Origin: Tubulanus polymorphus
Taxonomy: Eukaryota > Animalia > Nemertea
Direction of reading: 5' to 3'
DNA length: 64,000 nt
Assembly: GCF_964204645.1 (NCBI RefSeq)
Contig: NC_134025.1
Location: 7,626,001-7,690,000, forward strand
Positions within the stretch are counted from its first letter, which is position 1; each line of letters begins with the position of its first letter. The notes beneath the pieces are model-generated. The model saw only the letters and a program-made list of their open reading frames with translations. It made no database searches and had not been told where the DNA came from. Positions 53,101-64,000 of this stretch are shown here, piece by piece. A program made the translations under genes and the position numbers.

Positions 53101-55065
53101 TCACCAATGGAGATCTTTTAAACGTATGATACACATGTATAATACATTCACATACATATTTCGTTGCTGATTACAAAATGTGTATCTACATAATTTCAAT
53201 AGACATAGATCTTATAAAACCTTCGACAGAGAAGTGTTGAAAGGACATTGAAACCGGCATCATATAATTTCCATAATATTGGTAATTTTCGTAATCCCTG
53301 GCCCCGTTCTGATAAATTATCAAAATTCATTTATCCCACTTCATGGTCAGAAGAATTTAGTCAGTTTGCAAAGAGTTTCATGCAGGATCATTTCATTAAA
53401 CCGCCACAGAAAAACCACTTCTCTGTTTTAATTAACATGCACTTCTAATGGCTGAAATCTTACCAACTATAATTTAGATAAGGCCAGATAGCGAGCGACT
53501 CTCTGAAAAATATGACATATATTTTTGAAAATCTCACCTAAAAAATGAACCACGCATTTCCGGTGTTACCCATGGCTCCTCATTCTAATCATGTTTCTAA
53601 AGGGGTACATTTTAAATACATACACGGTAAGGTAGCCTTCAAGTTTTAAAATATAGCCTTCATGTTTTAAAATAACTGCCTGACGATACGTTTTAAATAT
53701 TTTGGACAAATTTTCGCTTGAGGAGCTCACCAAAAATATATCCATTTGTTTGCATCTTAAATTCCAGCATTCACTGCAGCTTGTATATATTAATTTTATA
53801 TTGCATAATAGAACACTTGCAGGCGAGTGAATATAGTTACATGGACCTGCATTCAAACTCAGATTACGATGTGTCCAGTTAACACTATAATAGGGATCAA
53901 AAAGGTCAGATTTCTTATTTCAAGTTTCGAAGAAACAATCATGTTTAAAAAAATCACAGTTTAACCTTGACAAGGCAATTTCACACGATATGACCACACA
54001 TCCTGGTTACCCAAGGCATAATTCATATGACAAGTCCAATGATTCATACCTCTATCACCAGCCGTAAATAGCGTCTCAGTCTAGACTACCAGTATAATAG
54101 GCAGTTTGTTATTATGCCATTATTAACAAAATGAGAGTGTGCTTTTGAAAGCTAAACAAAAAACTTGATACTGAATGAATCCTCTTTGATTAGATATGTT
54201 TTAGAACCCCTCCCCAAAATATGATTAAGGTCGACTTAAAAGCCATGAGCTAAAATCTGAAAACAATTTACGAGAACATTAAAGATTCATAATACATGTT
54301 TAAATCTCCCTTGAAATTAAGACAGCAGCAAACATTATACGAGAGATATATTATTGAATTTAAAACAAAATTTACATCATGCAAGACTAGGATAAGTATC
54401 ACAAATTGCTCCATTTTTGACTAGAATAACCAACCTCTACCATGCAAACCATTTGTAAAAACCTTTCTTCGCAATGATGCATGCATTTTAAAGAAAATTA
54501 GGAAAAACTTGTTTTACCACTGAAAACCTTGTACCACCAATGCATGATCTGTGTGTGCTGAATGGGCAAGTTAAGATGACACAGGCGATATTCATTGGCC
54601 ATTTGAATACTGCTTTTTCAACAAAAAGTATCGCAAAGACGAAGAATAAGGGTTAAGAAAGTTTTGTGAAGATAAAAATACGATTGAACATTTGTAACAA
54701 ACGTTCAAAAGATTTTGTTTGCAAAGACTCTTCGTCTGATACACGTACAGAATTTTGAAACTAAATTCAAATTCTGAGGTTGCCGTGAAGCTTACGAAGT
54801 CATGCAAAAATCTAATCACCGGATCAGGGGAATAATTGATCCTGCCCTAAGGAATACATATAATGTGTACAAAGCGTGTATTACAAAATAGCTCAAAGTT
54901 CCCTGAATCGACTTGCCATTATGTATATATAAGAAAGTGATATCATACAATGAAATTGAATTCATAAACATGCTTGATTCAAGCTGGAATATCTGGAGAT
55001 AAGTAAAAAACCAACACATCCGATGTCTCATTAAAATGCAGCAAGAAGGGGAAGGCTTGGTGTTT

Positions 55066-58000
55066 TTAATAGACGAGTTTTGAATCCTTAATCACCTCAT
55101 CCGGTATGTCCTTAGGTGGTACTTTAACAGGTTTAGTCGTATTATAGCAGTCTACTAAGAAATGGGTCATACGCTGATACAAATGCGTTAAAGTTCGTCC
55201 ACCATTTAAATTATGATTTTGATCTGGATAAATCTGAAATTGAACGGGATAAGATTTTTTAGGATCGTGAAGTATTACATATTTCATAAATATACGTGTG
55301 CCTTATGCTTACTTGTGAATCAAAGCTAATGCCCTCATGAACTAGTGATTTCATTAACTGAGCTGAATTCTGGAAGTGCACATTATCATCAGCGGTACCA
55401 TGAACTAGGAGAAACTTTGAGCTCTTGAATCCCTTTGCGTGATTCATCATTTTCGCTCTCTAAAAATCATGAAAAGCCATTTTTACAACACAATCTTTGT
55501 AAATATCAATCAGATTGAAAGAAACGATTAATTTCGATAACCCGATGAAAATCCTACCTCATAACCCTGGAAGTTATCTACCCCTCTTGGTGTACCCATA
55601 TATCGTTCGGTATATGCGGTATCTATAAAACATTCGAGCAATTTCAGCACTGAGACGTTTTCTAATGATTTTTGAATTACATAGGAATTTGTTCACAAAG
55701 CTCACCATAATATCTGAAATCCGTTACGGGAGCAACGGCTATACCACACTGGTATTCTCCCTCGCCTCGACCAATTGCATGGCCAGCTACAAAGCCTCCA
55801 TAGGACTGTAAAATGTGAAATCAACTTATATACCAGCTTTATTTTGTCATACATTGATTATGCAATCAAGTTAATCACTATCATATATAGATATAGCCAA
55901 TATCAACCACTTACCCAGCCCATGATGCCTATTTTACTTTGATCCACAAAGTGCAGCGTTTTTAGGTATCTGTAATACAAATGCATTTCTAATATCAGCT
56001 TACCTGATAGGAGGATTTAAGTAAGAACTGTAGTAAAGTACGCACTAGTCTACTTACTTAGCTACTAATAGCTGGTCCTCAACGTCAGGACCACCAAATT
56101 TTCGCCACAGCTCTCGTAGGTACTTGGTACCCCTATAGCCAGTACCCCTACCATCTAGCGTTGCATGAATGACATCATGGGCACTAGATAGGTACGAGAA
56201 CCAATCTAACTTGAATTTATCATTAACTTTTTGACTTCCCGGGCCCCCATATCTAGAGGGAGAAACGTAAAAATAATATATCAGATATATTTTATATGTT
56301 CTTTATGAAAATAACTTATGCTAGTAAAGTAATTCCGAAGATACATACACAGATACTAAAACAGGGTATTGTGTCACGTGTTCCTTTTTAAGTAATGGCG
56401 GCAAATTTAGTTGCAACCACGCCTCTAGAAATGAGAAATGAATAACGGTTTTAGCAGAAACCTTTGGATAAAATGAAAATGAACTGACTGTATCCACTGG
56501 CACTTACTATATCCACCACCAATATCTATTTGGTGGTATTCTTTTATCGGTAACGCCATATTATCTAGAGTCTTTTTTATGAGAGTGTTGTTTTCAACGA
56601 TTACATCTAGATAAAGATCATACAATACAATTATGCTTATTTCAATGTATAACGCAGTAATTTAAGATTTTCTAATATCCATACCTAGATCACTATTCGT
56701 ACTGCGCAGATAGTACGTCGGCACATCAGGGCCATGACAATTCAGAAAATAGTACTGACTATCTGGACTAAATGTGGCTGAGGCGTAATCACATCCGGGA
56801 ATGCATGAAAGACACTTTGGTGTCGGCTGGTACTGATTTGCAGCGACTGTATATAGACGGCGCTTTCTTGGGTCTCCAGCAGTGGTTATGTAATATCTGA
56901 AATTAGATAGTTTCAATAATCAATTTTTTCGCTATTTGATATGAAAAAAAACCTTTCCGTATTTTCAAACTGCTCGAACGTAGGTTTTTTTGCTTACAAA
57001 ACTTCTTTTTTTCCATCATACTTGAGAATTTCAGTGTCGTCGAAATTCCCTTGAGTGATGAAAGCTTTATGGACAGAACTGCCCTGTAATTAAAACCGGA
57101 TACAACTTTTAGAAAAAAACTGAAACGGAAGATCATACAGTACATATAATTTGACAATAAATTTGCCTCTTATGATTAATTTGCATTTAGAATTATGTAA
57201 AACGTCCCAAATCAAACAAACTATGATATTTGTCGACATAATAGCACCAATAACGGAACTAACACGCGAGCCGCTCAGTGAAATCGTTTCTATGGTTACA
57301 CTTTATCAGCACAGTACTCTCCGAAAGCATTTAAGCGAAAAATTGTATAGTTGTAGCAGAGATATAACTCTAAGCTAGATTTGCAAAAAGATTTTGAGAG
57401 ATAGTTACATCGCTGCTAAACGAATAAGACACTTACTACGACTGGTTTTCTTTCTATTTTTGCTATATGATTAAAAGCGCCTAGCTCGCCTTCATTCAGT
57501 GGAAGTATAAGAAAGTAGTTTTTGCCATTTGGCTGTAGAATTGGTGCTTTGTACTGAAAATAGAAAAAAAGGAAAACATGATCTCAATGGTTTTACCACC
57601 CAGTATTTGACGATAAGGCACATGGAAAAAAGACTTGAGAGCACTGTTTAAACTAGGACATTTAACTTACCAAATTTACCCAACCGTCAGTTTCCCTTTC
57701 ACGTAATCTCTAAAAAGAACAATAATGTCATATATTCGGAAAAAGAATTGATACAGTATATATATGTTATCATCTGTATTAGCATGAAGAAATTGCCATG
57801 CTGAATGCATCGTTATTGAGTGGGTGAGGGGTTAATGGGTTGCTTGGTACAGATCCCACACTGTAATATTAAAAGCATAATGGGGTTAAACAATTAACTG
57901 GCGTATCATCTATCAAAATATAGATTTATGTTATGTGTATCTCGTCGAATTGACTGAAGTTTTAAGTCATATTTTGCAATTAAGTCCCGGCTCACTACAA

Positions 58001-61000
58001 ACGCAACTCCGGAGTGATACTGACTGTTCAACCACTTTTTCCAATGGAAATTACGAAGACACCTGGCGTTACAGTTATTATCAAAATTATCAACTATACT
58101 TCGCCACTTATTTCTCAGAGGTAGGCAAACAATCTATCGTTGAAAATCAATCGCGACGTTGTTCCTGATTACCCATCATTATAATTCCCGGGAGTGAACA
58201 CTCATTATATGGAATTTGAACAAAAGATTGGATGCTGAACTCTTTAATCACCAGACGTTTTCAAGTTCATTTGACAGTTCACGAGATTTTTTCAGTTCCA
58301 GAAAATGCCGCTTTCGCGATCAAAATAATAGAGCTCAATCGATCTATCAGATGCCGGCACTGAATAACTCATGTTTCTTTCGGCTGTCAAGAAAACAAAC
58401 CTCTCGACGACGTCGTAAGCGACGAGAAATTGTTCAGCGCATTACAAAACCGTTTATATCGAGAGTATGATATTTAGTGAGGGTGATGGCTACGGACTTA
58501 CCGGCTCGCATGCTCCAGTTATTGGCGAACAAAACGACACTATAGCTAGATTCTGGGCTCTGTTCATCCATATTACGATCACCTCAGTTTCCGATGCCCA
58601 GGACACCGATGTGAAGTAGTATTCCCTGAAGTTCACAAGAGATATGTTAATGAAATCAGATATCAAACAGCACTTAAATGAGCAACAGCTTCCAAGGGCC
58701 AATTATTTTTACTTACTCTTTAGTAAGTTCTGGTGGTGGTGATAATTCTACATGCACTTGACCGTTTCCTTTGAATTTAGCTATTTTAAGCGTTACTTTT
58801 GGGTTGATATTTGGTCGAAGATCTCCAGCCTATAGCAGAAAAAGAGATGCACTTATCCATGTTTAAGCCAGTAAGATTTGTCCACGGTGCGACCTAAACT
58901 CACTTTAGGATATCTGACTTTTCTGTTCTCACTATTTATTTGATTGCTTCCTCCATATTCCGGAAATTCATACAGAGGAACTTGTGTATCATCAAACATT
59001 GCATAGCACAAATATGTTCCCTGAGGGGACCACCAGAAGGCTTTACCAGAATCCAAAATTTCCTCTGAAGATAGAATGATGATTTGTGGTTAGTTTGGTT
59101 TGCTCATTTTCATAGACAATCCTATTTCGTGATGTCAGAAATGGAAGCATACATTAGATATCCAGTACATGGATAACTTCAGCTCAAAACTTTGTTCGTA
59201 TTTTAAGTTGTGATATATTCATTTGCTTTGACCGTTTCATTGCTGATTCCGATATAACACACGTAACCAGTTTTCTAAGTTTCATAGTCATTATATTTTT
59301 CTAGCTAGTCAGAAAACGTATTACCTAATCGCAGATCAATTTGATTAAATGTTTAAGGTCACATACAGACAGAGGTGCAATAATCTTACTAGTCAATTAA
59401 TTCGTCTGGAAGATTTTCTAATTACCTTCATACAGCCAATCTGGTATTCCATTATAAACAGTGCCTTTCACCCCAGTCGTGGTGATTCGGTTTGGTGTTG
59501 TATACGGATCTCTATGGTAATATATATCATTATCTCTTATATACAACTGAAAAAAAGATATGGCAAATATTCAGCGCTAATGCGACTGTTCAGCTCTTCA
59601 CTTATCTAATATTTCGATATTCATGGCTCTGAAAAAAACAAAATATATTCAAGTCTGCGACAAATATCGCAATTCTATCACTCTGAATCTAGTCTTAACA
59701 ACCAGAGATTTTTCCGCTGTAATAGACGACAACAGCTCCAGGCTCCCAACCACGCCGGAATTGTGTTATCAGTGAGTTTGTGTACGCTGCGAGCTTGCTT
59801 TATTCAATAAGCCAAGAAATGATTTATACCTCAGAGACAAGAGACCTTTAGGTGACATTTCTCAGATAATTGTCAGATGAAAATAAACGATTCTTCTATT
59901 AACTACGCTAGTTTGTCAAAACTGAATAGTTTTTGACCAGATAGGTATTTGTGAGATACACGGGATACCAAATTGGTGCAGTAGGATTTTATGAAGCTTT
60001 TACTCTCAATATTTTCACATCACCAGACTTTTTTTTAACACGTTAAACCTCCGAAAGCAACTATTTGATATGTTCTGCACCGGCAAGCCATATAATGGCT
60101 CTCTCTCTTTCTGATCATCCTTATCTCAGACTAAGCCACATCTCAGTCAGTCGAACTGGTCTTTCAGACGATTCTTAGAAAAGCCAGTCTCACAAAGCTC
60201 ACGTATCGAATCCTAAAGGTCACTTTTCATCTAGTTAAATGTCAAAGCGTTATGAAGAAGGTGCACTATACAGTTTTGGAAAATGAAATATCACCTTACC
60301 AATTTATTAGATTTAGGTACCCAGCTTGCGTGTTGTAGCGCTACAGGATCTCCTATCTCATCTCCGGGAACTGGCGTTATTTTCCTGATATCAAAGACAA
60401 AGGCAACGAGTCACTGAGTAAGGTGAAACGAAAACAATAGAAGAAGACGAAGTGAGAAGGCATGAACACTTACCCCGTCGTTACATTGTAGATTTTATAA
60501 AATGTTAAATGGGTATAACGATTTATCTGCGAATAAGAAACAGAATATTCGTGTAGCAGGGACGGATCTAGGAAAATTGGAAAGCACGGGTCCAGAAGAA
60601 ATGATTAAGGAATCTTTCATAGAAAGCGGGGTATCATGGGCTATTAGCGGGGTCCCTACGGTGTTAGACGTATGCAATTTTAAAGAGGATGAGTGGCAAA
60701 TTTTCAGATTTCAGTTATCTTTATCTTGATAAAAGGGGCAACTTCATTGGAAAGGCAGGGGTCCGAACCCCAAGACTTCACCCCCTAAATCCACCCCTGG
60801 TGTAGATTCAATAGACTTTCAAAGAAAAGACAATTTTTCATCCATCTACAAGTGAGGGACTTGACACTTAAAGGATTTATGGAATTTAGCCGATCCCATT
60901 CAAATACTCAAATATTGTGTAGTCATTTTTGGTTTACTTACGGACTGTTTATCAAATCCAATTAAAACATAATCTAAATCATCTGATACTTGGAATTGTT

Positions 61001-61016
61001 CCGTGTTTAGACGCCT
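55066..61016 (-). CDS. Dipeptidyl peptidase 4-family (S9B) protease, 5' exons not located
   Basis: NGIPDWLYE|EEI, WWSP, YPK, YGGPGSQ, DGRGTG and catalytic triad motifs GW|[21 protein letters not shown]. Confidence 0.92.
60557..60799. mobile_element. MITE with CAGGGACGGATCTAGG / CCTAAATCCACCCCTG TIRs in a DPP intron
   Basis: Imperfect TIRs. GTGTAG is duplicated at 60551-60556 and 60800-60805. Confidence 0.75.
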
Positions 61017-61975
61017 CTGCAAGTAGAAATAAGGTAAACACGTTAATATCATGTGGCAATTATCGGATACTTTGAAGGGGGCCGTCGGTGAGATGCGACT
61101 ACGGACCTCTTGGCAACTAGTGCGAACATTCAATATGAAAATATCTCATCTCCATTAACAACATCAAAAGCTATCCACAAGGCTTTTGTGTTCAGGATAT
61201 TACCGGATTTCCTCTGAATAGGCAGCTACCTCAAGTAATTAATTTGTCAGCATGTAGAAGACGTACCGGTAACAGATATCATCTATCCAAAGTGGGTCGG
61301 TAGATGGAAATTGCGCAAAATAGACGACGAACAGCTCATTAATGGGATTGTGGGTGTTCAATAGACAACATGAATCAATTTAAATGTCTTGATACTTTTT
61401 TCCTCAATAAGACCATCGGATAGATGATGAACTATATCATTAAAAAGCTTGTCTTATGACACCTGTATGTAGATACTTTTCGCAACGACACAATCGACTC
61501 GTTATACGCATGTGTATGTTGGAAAGTAATAAAAAGAGCTGTAAATTCCAGCTATGAAACGCCAATAATTTCGCAAAGATGATTAAACGCCAGGTCGATT
61601 GAACGTAAATCCGTCAAATAACAACAGACTGCAAAAGGTCAATAGGTAGTTAAGCGGTGTTACGGTGTTATCAGCTTTACAGTCACGTAATATAACGTAG
61701 AAACGGAGTTCATTGTGGTATGCCACTCGGAAGGCAGATCTACGAGGCTTATCCCGTATATGATGGTACAGATCGACTGTGTCAATATATTGCAGATTAC
61801 GATAAGTCAGCACAAGGGGCTATAAACTTGGCAAAGGCTCCAACCGAGCTGAACGATAAATCTATTTGGACTGATTTCACAGATTAATTACCACCGCAAA
61901 ATAAGAATCACCATAATCTTGATGTAATCTCGTGACTAGTATGTATCGGTAGTTGGGAGAATTTTAGCGCAAGCA

Positions 61976-62133
61976 AAAAGGTTCCGAGTCTATTCATAGT
62001 TCGTATTAGATTTTCTAGTTTCTCAGAAATGTAATTTCTCTCAGAGGCTGTAAATTTTCTCAGAGAAACTAGAAAATCTAATACGAAGTATTCTTTAAAT
62101 CAATCTGATCAATGAATAAACCCAGAACCTTTT
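61976..62133. repeat. Nested inverted repeat (foldback MITE remnant)
   Basis: TTCGTATTAGATTTTCTAGTTTCTC and GAGAAACTAGAAAATCTAATACGAA form a perfect 25-bp pair. Outer imperfect arms AAAAGGTTC...ATTCAT / ATGAAT...GAACCTTTT. Confidence 0.7.
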
Positions 62134-64000
62134 ACTTCTCGCAACAAAGCTGAAGTCGAGTCAAGAATTTCAGTTGCAACGCCTTTTGTTGAATAAACAA
62201 TCTCAAGTCTTGATCAATAGACTATACTTAGATGGTCGGGTTCTTAGAAAGGTTTTCGACGACCATGATCAGTTTCAAGTATATGGACCTGGAAAACCTT
62301 CTCCGATTCACGAATCGATATCTAGGGATGGCCGTGTATCTTGGCTAATGATGAGAAGAACATGTCTCTCTATTTCTCATCTGGGAACATATTACATCCA
62401 GATAAATCGCTAAGCTCAAGCAGAAAATGAATCGCACCTAGATCATATTCCCAGACTTATATCCATGACAACAGCATAAGTGCCACGCGAACTGTCATCC
62501 GAGTACACGTACACGTAATTGCATAAAATGGGCAAATATTTCGTCGAAATATTGGACAAAAAGTGCGCGTCTCACGTAGATAATTGATTTCAACTTTTAG
62601 GATTCTCAGGTGGCGCGTGATATTACTGCAAAATGACGATGTAAAAGAGCGTAGACTCAAGACCGTTTTAAAGACCCATAATACGATGGCACCAATTGGG
62701 AATTAATCGGTTTGAGATATTCTGCTTGGTAAAGAATGAGATTAAAATCTGATTCAGTCCCCAAGAGTCGAATGACGAGTGTGATTGAGACAGAGATGAG
62801 GCAGATCTTACAGCACTATTATAGCGTCGGGGCGGCTTTATTTTTTTTCAAACTTTGGCATTTGGTTGAAAGGAATTCTTAAAAACTTCATCCGTAAATG
62901 GATGTACCGAATATTAAAGAAATACATTAGCGAATTGATTGGCTATTGTCAGATGGCTCAGACGTCGCCTAACAGAAATTCTCAATTTCCGGCTTCTTAA
63001 TGTCACCGTATTTCTTTATATACCATTCAAATAATCCGGATTTTTGCCAATCACTGATAGGTATTATAGCACAGCTGTCAATCTTAGATGTTCATTTGCA
63101 GGTATGCCAACGAGTTCTGGATATAAAAACACAGCCAAATATTGCGACGTGGATTAAGAGAAGGAAAATGTAAAAAAATACCAACATCATTAAGGTCAAC
63201 ATTGTACAATGTTGAAATTAACTATAGAAGTGAATCGGATGTTTTCCCGAACACTAAGAATTATGTTGATATTCCCGGATGGTGTTCAAAGAGAATGATG
63301 GAAATTGATCAGACGGCATATTTGAATACTTCGCAGAGTAAATGTTAGCAGGCAGCGGAAATAGAGCCGTGATGAGGAAATCGTTGTTTCTATACATTGC
63401 CAGTATATAAGTACCTCGGCTAAAAACTTGAATACAGCATGATCCATGATGCCTCCTAGTAAATGTCATTTGATTTAAAAGAATCGATGATTTATTCATT
63501 TTTCAATACACGAACTGCTAAACTGTTTAGTATCGGGGAATTTATTATCATTAAAAAATGAACACATCGTCCTGAAAACAGGCCGTGTTATGAGATTTTT
63601 TTAACAACTGGAAACTAAGACATTAGCCGAACTGTTTTTCGAAATGCGATAGCCATGTCCACCCAACAGCAACCACTTCAGAGATGCATGTTTACAGTAA
63701 ATGGAGTAAGGGCAATAATATAAAAACAATTATTGAGTTTCTTTCAGTTTCTAACGGAAAATGTAGTACAGAACTGCATGGTGACGAAGCTTCCATCCCT
63801 GCGAGAACTTTTAAGCATTTTAGAGACAGTAGTGGATATCCACTAAAAGTTATCCTCTTTTTTCAGTGAAATCCACTTGAATTTGCTTGAAAACACGATA
63901 ATATAGCGAGTATGACGTCGGTCAGAAGTGGGAAAAGATTAGCACATGCTTTTATCAATCAAAAGCGCTTTAGAAATAAAATGCAATTTCGTGGGTATAC

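Noticed and set aside
51000-55000. Short ORFs between SPDYA and the DPP gene
   Set aside because: AT-rich sequence with no motifs or consistent splice structure. Probably 3' UTR or intergenic DNA.
55066-61016. Inactive DPP6/DPP10-type protein
   Set aside because: The nucleophile motif GWSYGG and the Asp and His of the triad are all intact.

Overview
AT-rich animal genomic DNA with many short spliceosomal introns. It is probably a marine invertebrate, but that is inferred from gene and repeat style only. The right part (25.5-64 kb) is a compact block of conserved genes: THADA (+), PPP2R3C (-), a BTB-BACK-Kelch gene (+), ABCB10 (-), ACTMAP/C19orf54 (+, with one U12-type intron), Speedy/SPDYA (-) and a DPP4-family peptidase with an intact catalytic triad (-, 5' end not found). 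The left part (1-25.3 kb) is repeat-rich. It holds an unknown coiled-coil ORF, a possible Cys-rich mini-gene, several MITEs (including a family with tRNA B-box-like inverted ends and 9-bp TSDs), a decayed Mutator transposase and isolated hairpins. The most notable feature, largely missed by the ORF track, is a 13-exon stop-free minus-strand reading frame (14731-20280, about 501 aa). It joins a Ginger/KRBA2-like DDE integrase core, an SHI/STY-like Cys/His finger and a domain resembling the PWWP3A/MUM1 C-terminus. Its 5' end is cut off exactly by a ~28-copy, hairpin-rich 148-bp tandem array that contains a duplicated 9-unit block. All exon models were assembled by hand and family assignments rest on recalled motifs, not database searches.
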